Shown: piece after piece, positions 20,287 through 29,331 of the stretch
Position numbering within the stretch: position 1 is the stretch's first letter
How the letters are laid out: each line of letters starts with the position of its first letter
DNA from: Gammaproteobacteria bacterium
GTDB lineage: Bacteria; Pseudomonadota; Gammaproteobacteria; Eutrophobiales; Eutrophobiaceae
DNA length: 64,000 nt
Reading direction: 5' to 3'
Assembly: GCA_965222155.1 (NCBI GenBank)
Contig: CBDCTH010000012.1
Coordinates: 32,001 to 96,000 of the forward strand
The notes under the pieces: generated by a model
What the model saw: the letters and a program-made list of their open reading frames with translations, nothing else
Databases searched by the model: none
What the model was told of the DNA's origin: nothing
Translations under genes and position numbers: made by a program

Positions 20287-21309
20287 ATGGACAAAAAAGT
20301 CAATGTTGCAGTCGTGGGGGCGACAGGTGAGGTAGGAGGCGCCATGTTGTCGATCCTGGCGGAACGGGATTTCCCGGTTGCCGAACTGCGCGCGGTGGCC
20401 AGCAGCCGTTCAGCAGGAAAGCGGATCGAGTTCAAGGATGACGAACTGGTGGTTGAGGACCTGGCTTCATTCGATTTTTCCGATATTGATATCGGGCTGT
20501 TCTCCCCGGGCGCTTCCGTATCCGCGCTTCATGCGCCCCGGGCTGTCGCTGCGGGCACGGTCGTCATCGATAATACCTCACAGTTCCGTTATGAGGATGA
20601 TGTTCCCCTGGTTGTGCCTGAGGTGAATCCCGCAGCCGTAGGACAATATGTTGGGCGCGGCATTATTGCAAACCCGAATTGTTCGACCATACAGATGGTC
20701 ATGGCGTTGAAACCCATTTATGACGCCGTGGGCATTGAGCGCGTCAACGTTGCCACTTACCAGGCCGTGTCCGGCAAAGGGAAAAAGGCGATTGAAGAGC
20801 TGGAGCAGCAGACCATCGCCCTGTTCAACGGCAAACCCGTTTTGCCTACGGAGCATCCCCGACAGATGGCGTTTAACGTGCTGCCCCAGATCGATGCATT
20901 TCAGGAGAACGGCTATACCAGGGAGGAGATGAAGATGGTCTGGGAGACGCAAAAAATCCTGGGAGACGATACAATCCGGGTGAACCCCACTTGTGTCCGT
21001 GTCCCGGTCTTTTACGGTCATTCCGAGGCCGTGCACATCGAAACGAAAGAGAAAATCACCGTTGACGAGGTGAGAACGTTGTTAACCGATTTTCCCGGAG
21101 TCGTCGTGATAGATGAACGGGAGGACGGCGGATACCCTACTGCCGTGACCGAGGCATCCGGGCATGACCCGGTCTTCATCGGCAGGATTCGGGAGGACCT
21201 GTCTCATCCCAGGGGCATTAATTTCTGGGTGGTTTCCGACAATATAAGGAAGGGAGCCGCATTGAACAGTGTTCAAATTGCTGAATATTTGCTAAAACAC
21301 TATTTTTGA
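20287..21309 (+). CDS. asd: Aspartate-semialdehyde dehydrogenase
   Basis: VVGATGEVG, IANPNCSTIQM, DNIRKGAALN. Confidence 0.96.
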   Translation: MDKKVNVAVVGATGEVGGAMLSILAERDFPVAELRAVASSRSAGKRIEFKDDELVVEDLASFDFSDIDIGLFSPGASVSALHAPRAVAAGTVVIDNTSQFRYEDDVPLVVPEVNPAAVGQYVGRGIIANPNCSTIQMVMALKPIYDAVGIERVNVATYQAVSGKGKKAIEELEQQTIALFNGKPVLPTEHPRQMAFNVLPQIDAFQENGYTREEMKMVWETQKILGDDTIRVNPTCVRVPVFYGHSEAVHIETKEKITVDEVRTLLTDFPGVVVIDEREDGGYPTAVTEASGHDPVFIGRIREDLSHPRGINFWVVSDNIRKGAALNSVQIAEYLLKHYF

Positions 21310-21345
21310 CTGCCTGTACGGGTTTACGCAGAGAGGAAAGCCGGG

Positions 21346-22977
21346 ATGAAGCAGAGAAAGTCAACATTTCAGATATTATTTCGCTGTCTGCTGGTAATAC
21401 TGGTGTCTGCCTCGGCACATGCCTTGAATCTGGGGGATATCAACCTGAAATCGGCCCCGGACCAACCGCTGGAGGCAGAAATTCAGTTGCGGGGCGTAGC
21501 TGCAGACGAACAGGACAGTCTGAGCGTCGGCCTGGCTGATGTCGCCGGGTTTCGCTGGGCCGGCATAGAATGGTCCCCGGTCCTGAACCAGTTGCAATTT
21601 GAGCTGAAGCGCGACGCTGACGCTACGGACTACATCCGTATCCACAGCAGTGAGGTGGTTCAGGCGCCCCTGTTACATTTTCTATTGAAAGTAGCCTGGT
21701 CCAAGGGCCGGCTGTTCAGGGAATACACCCTGGAACTGGACACGCCGCTGTACCTCAGCGGCGAGCAGCCGGGTGATGCCGTTGCGCAATCCTTCGCGCC
21801 ACCTGACATTCAGCGTGACTGGGAAGAAGTGAAGGCATCAGTCCGGGAAAACCGTAATTACGGACCGGTTGTCGAATTTGATACCTTATGGTCGCTTGCC
21901 CGCGAACTGCGCCCGGATCCATCCGTCACCATACAACAGATGATCCTGGCCCTGCTGCGCACCAACCCGGATGCCTTCAGTTACGACAATATCAACTGGT
22001 TGAAAAAAGGCGAGGTCCTGTGGATGCCGAATAACTTCGAATTACAGGCGCTCTCCGCGTCGGAGGCATTTGCCGAAGTACTGGCCCAAAACAACTTCTG
22101 GCGTGAGGCCCGCGGCTACGGCACCTTGGAAGCAGAGTTGCAGACTGCTTCCGGCGCAGTTGGACCCGACGGGGGGTTGCGCCTGCTTGCGGTTGCCGAA
22201 GAAGACCGCGAAGATAACGGCGCCGCGGCTGTCGACCCGGACGGCGCGGCACAGGCGGAAGCCCTGGTACTGGCAAACGAACAGGTCGAAGAGTTGTCAC
22301 TGGAAAGAGTAGAACTGGAAGACAAGCTGACAGAAGCTGAGACTATCATTGAGGATCTCAGGCGCCTGGTTGAACTCAAGGATGATGAACTGGCTGCATT
22401 GCAAGGGCAAACCATGAGTGAACAGGCAGAACCGGGACCAGGCCTGCTGGAACGATTGAATTCATTCTATGACTCAACGATTGAGTCATTATCCGGGCCA
22501 AAGTTCCAGGCAACATTTGCTTCAACCTATAACCTGGTCAGGGATTATTGGTATATTGCGCTTGCGTTGCTTGTGGCGCTTGTCCTTGCCGGATTGTTGC
22601 TGCGCCGCAGAAAGCCCGATAACGATAGAGGGGAAGAGGTAACACCCACGGTTGCGAGCCGGTCTGATTTAGCCGAAGCGCTCGCTATCGAGAAAGCGGT
22701 TTTTCCGGATGAGGATAATGGCAAGGATGCAGACAGCGCTACAGAAGACTCCCCGGATGACATCGACGTGGGAGAAGATGAGGCCAAAGATGACGTCGAG
22801 GACGGAGAGGTGGAAGAAGAAGACCTGGTGCAGAATAAACTTGAACTTGCCAGGGCTTATCTTGAACTTGGTGATGAGGAGAACGTCCGTTCCATTCTGC
22901 AAGAAGTTATGTCGGAAGGGAATGCAGCACAAAGGGAAGAGGCGCGGCAATTACTGGAACAGGCTGCGTCAGAGTGA
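21346..22977 (+). CDS. fimV: FimV/HubP-family polar landmark protein (short form)
   Basis: Signal peptide, LNLGDINLKS, LysM-like DTLWSLA..NPDAF, transmembrane segment, acidic tail and KLELARAYLELGD. Located between asd and truA. Confidence 0.88.
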   Translation: MKQRKSTFQILFRCLLVILVSASAHALNLGDINLKSAPDQPLEAEIQLRGVAADEQDSLSVGLADVAGFRWAGIEWSPVLNQLQFELKRDADATDYIRIHSSEVVQAPLLHFLLKVAWSKGRLFREYTLELDTPLYLSGEQPGDAVAQSFAPPDIQRDWEEVKASVRENRNYGPVVEFDTLWSLARELRPDPSVTIQQMILALLRTNPDAFSYDNINWLKKGEVLWMPNNFELQALSASEAFAEVLAQNNFWREARGYGTLEAELQTASGAVGPDGGLRLLAVAEEDREDNGAAAVDPDGAAQAEALVLANEQVEELSLERVELEDKLTEAETIIEDLRRLVELKDDELAALQGQTMSEQAEPGPGLLERLNSFYDSTIESLSGPKFQATFASTYNLVRDYWYIALALLVALVLAGLLLRRRKPDNDRGEEVTPTVASRSDLAEALAIEKAVFPDEDNGKDADSATEDSPDDIDVGEDEAKDDVEDGEVEEEDLVQNKLELARAYLELGDEENVRSILQEVMSEGNAAQREEARQLLEQAASE

Positions 22978-23002
22978 TGTTATAACCCGGATATTACCGC
23001 TT

Positions 23003-23791
23003 ATGAAGATCGCTGCCGGAGTTGAATATGACGGGTCAAAATATTCGGGATGGCAAAGACAGAAGCTCTCAGTGTCAGTACAGCAGCACGTTGAAGCCGC
23101 CTTGTCGGGCGTCGCCGACCATCCGCTTTCAGTAACCTGTGCCGGTAGAACGGATGCCGGCGTACATGCGCTCAACCAGGTTATTCATTTTGAATCAGAC
23201 GCGCTCCGGGACGCTCATTCCTGGGTATTTGGTTCGAATACCCATTTGCCGGGGGACATCAGTTTGACCTGGGCAAAACCCGTTCAAGCGGATTTTCATG
23301 CGCGTTATTCGGCAACGAGTCGTATTTACAAATATATTATCCTGAATCGCCCTGCGCGGCCGGGCCTGGGCCATGGTTACGTTACCTGGGAATGTCGTCG
23401 CCTGGATTCCGACAGAATGTCCCGGGCAGCTTTGTCATTGGTTGGTGAACATGATTTTACTTCTTACAGGGCAAAATCCTGCCAGGCAAAAACACCCGTC
23501 AGAAACGTTTTGAACCTGAGCGTCAAACGGGATAACGAGCATGTCGTCATTGTTGTTGAAGCCAATGCCTTTCTCCACCACATGGTGCGCAATATCGCTG
23601 GCGTGTTGATAGAGATTGGAATAAGTAAACACGAAGTTGGCTGGGAAATTGACGTGCTTAACGCGAAAAGCAGGGACTGTGGCGGTGTTACCGCCGCGGC
23701 TGCCGGGCTTTACCTGACGGGAGTGAATTATCCTGAAAAATATGGAATTCCGCAACAGCAGACAGACCGTTATTCGGATTACTATTTATAA
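23003..23791 (+). CDS. truA: tRNA pseudouridine(38-40) synthase
   Basis: EYDGSKYSGWQ, CAGRTDAGVHA, FLHHMVRNI. Confidence 0.96.
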   Translation: MKIAAGVEYDGSKYSGWQRQKLSVSVQQHVEAALSGVADHPLSVTCAGRTDAGVHALNQVIHFESDALRDAHSWVFGSNTHLPGDISLTWAKPVQADFHARYSATSRIYKYIILNRPARPGLGHGYVTWECRRLDSDRMSRAALSLVGEHDFTSYRAKSCQAKTPVRNVLNLSVKRDNEHVVIVVEANAFLHHMVRNIAGVLIEIGISKHEVGWEIDVLNAKSRDCGGVTAAAAGLYLTGVNYPEKYGIPQQQTDRYSDYYL

Positions 23792-23803
23792 AGCTACGCA
23801 AAA

Positions 23804-24433
23804 ATGTCTCTGGAGCGCCGAGTAAGGACAAAGATCTGTGGGATTACCCGCGTTGAAGATGCCCGTGCAGCAATCGACGCGGGGGCGGATGCCCTGGGAT
23901 TCGTGTTCTACCAGGCCAGTCCCCGCTATATTGCGCCGCGCCCGGCACAGGAAATCATCAGTCAGCTGGCGCCGTTCCCGGCAAAGGTCGGACTGTTCGT
24001 CGACCCTGATAGGGAAATTGTTTCTGCCGTGCTGAAAACGGCCAATCTGGATATTATTCAGTTTCACGGGGATGAGGAACCCGGTTTTTGCCGTAGTTTC
24101 GACAGACCTTACATCAAGGCTGTGAGGATGGAGCACGGTGTTGATTTGCATGAGATGTGCCGGCACTATGCCGATGCCGCGGCCCTGTTGCTGGACAGCT
24201 ACTCCGAAACCGTCCATGGTGGGACCGGTACCTGTTTTGACTGGAGTTTAATCCCGGCTGAATTATCGAAGCCGATCATCCTTGCCGGGGGGTTAACGGT
24301 TGCAAACGTTGGCCGGGCAGTCGCCGCCTGCAAACCGTATGCAGTTGACGTAAGCAGTGGCGTCGAACTGGACAAGGGGATCAAGGATAAGGCTGAAATA
24401 ATCGCATTCATACGAGAGGTATCAGATGTTTAA
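23804..24433 (+). CDS. trpF: Phosphoribosylanthranilate isomerase
   Basis: KICGIT, QFHGDE, ILAGGL, VDVSSGVE. Confidence 0.96.
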   Translation: MSLERRVRTKICGITRVEDARAAIDAGADALGFVFYQASPRYIAPRPAQEIISQLAPFPAKVGLFVDPDREIVSAVLKTANLDIIQFHGDEEPGFCRSFDRPYIKAVRMEHGVDLHEMCRHYADAAALLLDSYSETVHGGTGTCFDWSLIPAELSKPIILAGGLTVANVGRAVAACKPYAVDVSSGVELDKGIKDKAEIIAFIREVSDV

Positions 24434-24480
24434 ATTGTATTTTTACACGGAAATTTTCATGGATTGTACTATTCCGGTGG

Positions 24481-24554
24481 TGATAAATCGTCAGGACAGA
24501 CGATATGCACGGCGACAGCTGCCCATAGGGTTGCACACAGGAGGTACGCAATGA
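24481..24554 (+). repeat. TGA-flanked 71-bp copy of the hairpin element, overlapping the trpB start
   Basis: tgataaatcgtcaggacagacgatatgcacggcg...cgcaatga closely matches the reverse complement of 4532-4606 and is one base shorter. Confidence 0.88.
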
Positions 24555-25741
24555 ATATGCCGGATGAACACGGTCATTTTGGTGTTTATGGCGGTCGATT
24601 TGTCGCAGAGACATTGATTGAACCACTGGATGAATTGACTCGGGCTTATAAGAAGTACCTACACGATGAAGCATTCCTGGCAGAATTAGACCGTGACCTG
24701 AAGACGTTCGTGGGCCGGCCGTCACCCCTGTATCACGCGCGCAGGTGGAGCGGAAAACTGGCCGGAGCCCAGGTCTACCTCAAGCGGGAGGATTTAAATC
24801 ATACCGGCGCCCATAAGGTCAATAATACGGTCGGCCAGGCCCTGTTGGCAAAGAGAATGGGGAAAACCCGTATCATTGCAGAAACCGGCGCGGGTCAGCA
24901 CGGTGTGGCAACCGCTACCGTTGCCGCCCGCCTGGGCCTGGAGTGCGTCGTGTACATGGGCGCTGAAGATATACAGCGCCAGGCTGTGAACGTATTCCGT
25001 ATGAAGTTACTGGGGGCCGAAGTCGTAGAAGTCACCTCCGGTTCACAGACTCTGAAAGACGCCATGAATGAAGCCATGCGCGACTGGGTGAGCAATGTCG
25101 ACGATACGTTTTATATTATCGGCACCGTGGCGGGGCCGCACCCGTATCCGACATTGGTCAGGGACTTGCAGTCAATCATCGGTAGGGAAACCAGACAACA
25201 GTGTCTCGAAGCGACAGGCAAACTGCCTGATGTTCTCATGGCCTGTGTCGGTGGCGGCTCCAATGCTATAGGATTATTTTATCCGTTCCTGAATGATACA
25301 TCGGTGAAGTTAATCGGCGTGGAGGCCGGTGGCCTGGGCCTGCAGACCGACCGGCACGCGGCCCCGTTAAGCGCTGGCAAACCTGGTGTCCTGCATGGCA
25401 ACCGGACTTACCTGATGGTAGATGAGCATGGACAGATCAGGCCTACCCATTCCATTTCTGCCGGGCTTGATTATCCGGGAGTAGGTCCGGAGCATGCCTG
25501 GTTAAAGGATTGCGGCAGGGTAGAGTATGCCACGGTAAATGATACGGAGGCTATTGCTGCATTTCATGACCTTACCCGTACGGAGGGGATCATGCCGGCG
25601 CTGGAATCAAGTCATGCCCTGGCATACGCAATAAAGATAGCCGCGCAGATGGACAGGGACGCTACGATGATCATCAACCTTTCAGGCCGTGGCGATAAGG
25701 ATATTCAGACGATCGCGACCATGGAGGGAATAACACTTTAG
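24551..25741 (+). CDS. trpB: Tryptophan synthase beta chain
   Basis: [55 protein letters not shown] precedes ATG 24551. Confidence 0.97.
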   Translation: MNMPDEHGHFGVYGGRFVAETLIEPLDELTRAYKKYLHDEAFLAELDRDLKTFVGRPSPLYHARRWSGKLAGAQVYLKREDLNHTGAHKVNNTVGQALLAKRMGKTRIIAETGAGQHGVATATVAARLGLECVVYMGAEDIQRQAVNVFRMKLLGAEVVEVTSGSQTLKDAMNEAMRDWVSNVDDTFYIIGTVAGPHPYPTLVRDLQSIIGRETRQQCLEATGKLPDVLMACVGGGSNAIGLFYPFLNDTSVKLIGVEAGGLGLQTDRHAAPLSAGKPGVLHGNRTYLMVDEHGQIRPTHSISAGLDYPGVGPEHAWLKDCGRVEYATVNDTEAIAAFHDLTRTEGIMPALESSHALAYAIKIAAQMDRDATMIINLSGRGDKDIQTIATMEGITL

Positions 25742-25835
25742 GGCGCCCCGCCCTCGACGAGGGCAAGCTGCTCTCGTTCTCAGGGAGCTGATGAAATTAG
25801 CGGGAACTGCTGAAAATAAATCTGCTGTAAAAAAA

Positions 25836-25864
25836 TTGACATTTGAAAGAAGAATGGTTAATCT
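25836..25864 (+). promoter_or_regulatory. Candidate sigma70 promoter for the accessory cluster
   Basis: TTGACA, 17-bp spacer, TAATCT, with an A-tract upstream. It lies about 500 bp before the first gene. Confidence 0.4.
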
Positions 25865-25992
25865 CAATGGCAATTGTCTCATTAGCGGGATATTACCAAT
25901 GTCTGCATTACGTATCTGTCTAGCTGCTTGCATCAGAGGTATAAGCGATGTTGCAGGAGGTTTCGTGCGCCATGTAGCGTCTATTGCATCTA

Positions 25993-26011
25993 CCCCCCCC
26001 CCCCCCCCCCC
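25993..26011. repeat. Poly-C homopolymer (19 C)
   Basis: Counted directly. Confidence 0.9.
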
Positions 26012-26373
26012 GCATCAGACAATAGGCACTACACCTCTTATCTGAACCGGAATCCGGTCGCTGAACGCGACTTTACGCCGGATGCCTGTTTCGGCTTCGC
26101 CCCCTCCGACGCGATAGCTGTATTCCCCTTACGGTTTCTGAAGAAACCGGGCAGCGCAGCCTGCTCTGCCATCATCACCTGCGGCAATAAAGCGCCGAGT
26201 ATCTATATGCACGCGCTGGGAGTTTTGAGAACTAGGGGACAGGGGAAAGATATCTTCGGTCACTCAGAGAATTCTCACGACACTGTCCTGGCTGCTTCCA
26301 TGGTGCAGTCACTCGACAAGACCTTAGACTCGTCCGCGCACGACGTACAAAGTGCATCCTCAGCAAACTCTCT

Positions 26374-27759
26374 TTGGAGACCATCAATATGAAACAGCCT
26401 GCCAGTCAGAACCTCTTGCCCGGCATTATTTACTTCATCGGCCAAGCGCCTCGCTCCGTCATGGCAACAGTCAGGGCATGGGGCCTGAGATGCAACCGCA
26501 GTGTTTTGTTCGGAATGCTGGCTCTGGGGGTTTTTTCGTTTTTCCCCGGCCTGTCGAACGTGCAGGCGCAGGAAGATGTATCGTACATCTGGGATTGCGA
26601 TATCGAGCCGGACCCGAGTTGTATTGAATGGCCGGAGAAAAACGACATGGCCGTAGATGCGACGGTAGAGGCGCTAAAAAATAATGGCTATATGAAGATC
26701 GCCCTGCCTGCATCTGAACTTTCTCCTGATCTCCTGGAAAAATTTAACCAATTGAACATGACAGACGACTTGATGGATTGCGTTTTACTTTTTAAGAGAG
26801 AAGATGATTCCACGGCAGTAGTTTGCCCTACTGCCGTGGCAGTGCGGGAGGAAATCGAAGAGATAATTGAAGAAGCAGAAGCCTCAGTCACACGCGAGGC
26901 ATCAAGCTACTTTTCACGGACAGTGGTGAATCGGGTGCGCACCTTACGCGCCGCTGCCAAAAGTGGTTTCTCGCCTTCGACAACGCCGCAAACCACCTCG
27001 CAAGATGCCGTGACCGGGCTCAATGCGGGGGACAATACAGCCACAAGGCTTATCGATAACGTAGCGATTGATCTCGGGGGAAGCGGTACGCGCTCCAGGG
27101 GACGCTTCGACAATGCGTCCGTGTACATGCTGGCTACCACCGACAGGGTGCTTAATACGCAGTCTGTCTTGGGATTAGGTCTGGGAGTCGAGCATTCGTG
27201 GGGCGAGTATCAAGTCGCAGAGCTGGATCGCGAATCGACAGGTCTGACCCTGACTGCGTACGGCGCGCGCATACTCAATAAGAATTTCCTCGTGCTGCCT
27301 CACGCCGCCGTGACCTATTTGCGCAAGCGCACGGAACAAGCTCAGATTAAACAACGCGCCGATGCTTGGCGCGCGATGGGGTCACTGGCACTGCTGGGAC
27401 AACATGCGATGGATACCGTCAATCTGAGTGGAGTGGGCCAGTTTGTCTATACCCATGACACCTATGGAGATGCCAGCGTCATGACTGGCGCTGGTGACGA
27501 CCTGTATGTAGGTCAGGGGGTCTTGAGCGGGGAAGTGGCGTTCGTGGCGGATAAAAGAATCCATCCCTTCCTCGGCGTGACCGGAAGCTACGATCTGGTT
27601 CGAAGCACTTCCACCGGCGAGCGGTTCGGTTACGAGATTTCCGCCGGACTTCGTTCAACCTCAGCCTCGGGGCCGGCTATGGCCGCATTGATTTCCTATG
27701 GCAGACGCGACGATGAAAAGACCAAAAGCGGTAGTCTTTTCTTAAAGTTTTCCTGGTGA
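26374..27759 (+). CDS. Autotransporter-like outer-membrane beta-barrel protein with a small Cys-containing passenger
   Basis: Signal peptide ending SNVQA-Q; C-terminal alternating strands (VLGLGLGVE, GLTLTAYGA, IHPFLGVTGSYD) and an aromatic terminus LFLKFSW. Start codon uncertain. Confidence 0.65.
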   Translation: METINMKQPASQNLLPGIIYFIGQAPRSVMATVRAWGLRCNRSVLFGMLALGVFSFFPGLSNVQAQEDVSYIWDCDIEPDPSCIEWPEKNDMAVDATVEALKNNGYMKIALPASELSPDLLEKFNQLNMTDDLMDCVLLFKREDDSTAVVCPTAVAVREEIEEIIEEAEASVTREASSYFSRTVVNRVRTLRAAAKSGFSPSTTPQTTSQDAVTGLNAGDNTATRLIDNVAIDLGGSGTRSRGRFDNASVYMLATTDRVLNTQSVLGLGLGVEHSWGEYQVAELDRESTGLTLTAYGARILNKNFLVLPHAAVTYLRKRTEQAQIKQRADAWRAMGSLALLGQHAMDTVNLSGVGQFVYTHDTYGDASVMTGAGDDLYVGQGVLSGEVAFVADKRIHPFLGVTGSYDLVRSTSTGERFGYEISAGLRSTSASGPAMAALISYGRRDDEKTKSGSLFLKFSW

Positions 27760-27825
27760 TGAGTCACTGACCCGCCGGAGGACTAAACCCACTGTTAACC
27801 TGTTAACCCTAAGGAGATTCAGACA

Positions 27826-28464
27826 ATGAATAATCATTCTTTCTCAAAACCTGTCAGTAAGTCGATACCGTGCTCAAGCTGGAAATATGCTGTCGGATTC
27901 GGTCGGTTTCTTGTAGTGGCGGGCCTGCTCGCGGTCTTTTCAGCCTGCACGCCGGAGAACATAAAGGTCGTTGAAGTGCCTGTTGAAACGCCCAAGTGTG
28001 AACTGCGTGACTTGCACCAGGCCAACAAGTTCGTCACCGAAGCGTGGGCGGTGCCGGACAGCCAGTTCAACGTGGGTGAACCACTTAGCTTGCAGACACG
28101 GGTCAGCTCACCTTCCTATATGAACATCTTTTACGTGAGTACCTCGTGCAAAGTCACCCGATTGTTGGACAACGAGTGGGTTTCGAAGGATGAAACCGGC
28201 GCAATTATCGGTTTTCCACGTCGCAACAGCGGGATACAGATGGAATTAAAGCCGCCGGCAGGCGAAGAAGCCTTCTACTTTGTGGCGACCCGCCAGAAGC
28301 TGGTATTTCTGGCGAGTAAGGATATTTTGCGCGAAGCGAACGGAATCGCCAGTCTTGACATGAACCCGGAGCAGTTCTACGGAAGGTTGGAACAGGCGCG
28401 TAGACGCATCAATCCGGACGAATGGAGTATTACAACCCTCCGGACGTCCGTTATCAGTCACTGA
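27826..28464 (+). CDS. DUF4384-like domain lipoprotein
   Basis: AAGGAG upstream; lipobox FSA-C; FNVGEPLSL..SYMNIFYV..KVTRL..PPAGEE pattern. Confidence 0.72.
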   Translation: MNNHSFSKPVSKSIPCSSWKYAVGFGRFLVVAGLLAVFSACTPENIKVVEVPVETPKCELRDLHQANKFVTEAWAVPDSQFNVGEPLSLQTRVSSPSYMNIFYVSTSCKVTRLLDNEWVSKDETGAIIGFPRRNSGIQMELKPPAGEEAFYFVATRQKLVFLASKDILREANGIASLDMNPEQFYGRLEQARRRINPDEWSITTLRTSVISH

Positions 28465-28589
28465 AATCAGAAGGGCGAACTGGGCCGGCATCACTCAAAG
28501 CGTTTTACGGAATGTGCGCAAGCAGACAGGCCCGGTATCGCTCCCCGGATTAAGGTGAACCATTTAACTTTAAGAGAGGAGACAACACC

Positions 28590-29234
28590 ATGAAAACGAT
28601 AATCAAATCCATGACCGGCCGGCGTGTCAGGAACGCCGTGTACGGGGCTGTGTGCGCGAGCCTGATCCAGGCCGTAAGCATGGCGCCCGCACAAGCGGAT
28701 GACGCCAACGAGGAGTCTTACCTGAAGGATCTGGACATCCGCCAGGTTGCCATAGCCAAGATCGAAGAGACTCAGACCCTATCCGAGACATCTCCGAGCA
28801 AGCTGAAGGTCTCTGCATCGGTGAACCGGGCAGACCACACTTATAACCACGGCGACAAGGTTGTGCTCACCATCAAGACCACCAAAGACGCCTATGTGTA
28901 TGTCCTCGACACCGGTACCAGCGGTAAAGTGCACCAGATTTTCCCAAATAAATACGCGCAAGAGAATTTCGTGAAAGCAAATGTGCCTGTCGCCATTCCT
29001 GCCGATGACATGTACGATTTCGTCGTTTCGCATCCCAAAGGGCCGGAACTGCTCACCGTCATTGCATCCACCGACGCTTCACCCTTGACCGATAACCTGA
29101 TCGATGGCTCGGCAGGCCCGTTCATGGCATTACGCGGAACGGCAGAGTCAGTGGCCAAGGACCTTAGTGTGTCTCTGCGCCGCGATCAGCACAAGGATAA
29201 GGATATTTCGAATCTGGTGCTATATATCAAATAG
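28590..29234 (+). CDS. Exported DUF4384-domain protein
   Basis: Signal peptide ending AQA; YNHGDKVVL..DAYVYVLD..GKVHQIFPN..PKGPELLTVIAS. Confidence 0.78.
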   Translation: MKTIIKSMTGRRVRNAVYGAVCASLIQAVSMAPAQADDANEESYLKDLDIRQVAIAKIEETQTLSETSPSKLKVSASVNRADHTYNHGDKVVLTIKTTKDAYVYVLDTGTSGKVHQIFPNKYAQENFVKANVPVAIPADDMYDFVVSHPKGPELLTVIASTDASPLTDNLIDGSAGPFMALRGTAESVAKDLSVSLRRDQHKDKDISNLVLYIK

Positions 29235-29331
29235 TGGCAAATAGTGGGAATTCCCAAAACTCCTTGCAGACGTATCAACCTTGACGCCCGCGCGCTGGTT
29301 CAGAGTACGATCCCAAGTGGAGAGACTGCCG

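Noticed and set aside
22709-23002. N-terminal extensions of truA, and likewise of leuB, dapD, trpA, dedD and phaR, in the ORF track
   Set aside because: They overlap upstream genes or repeats; family homology begins at downstream start codons.
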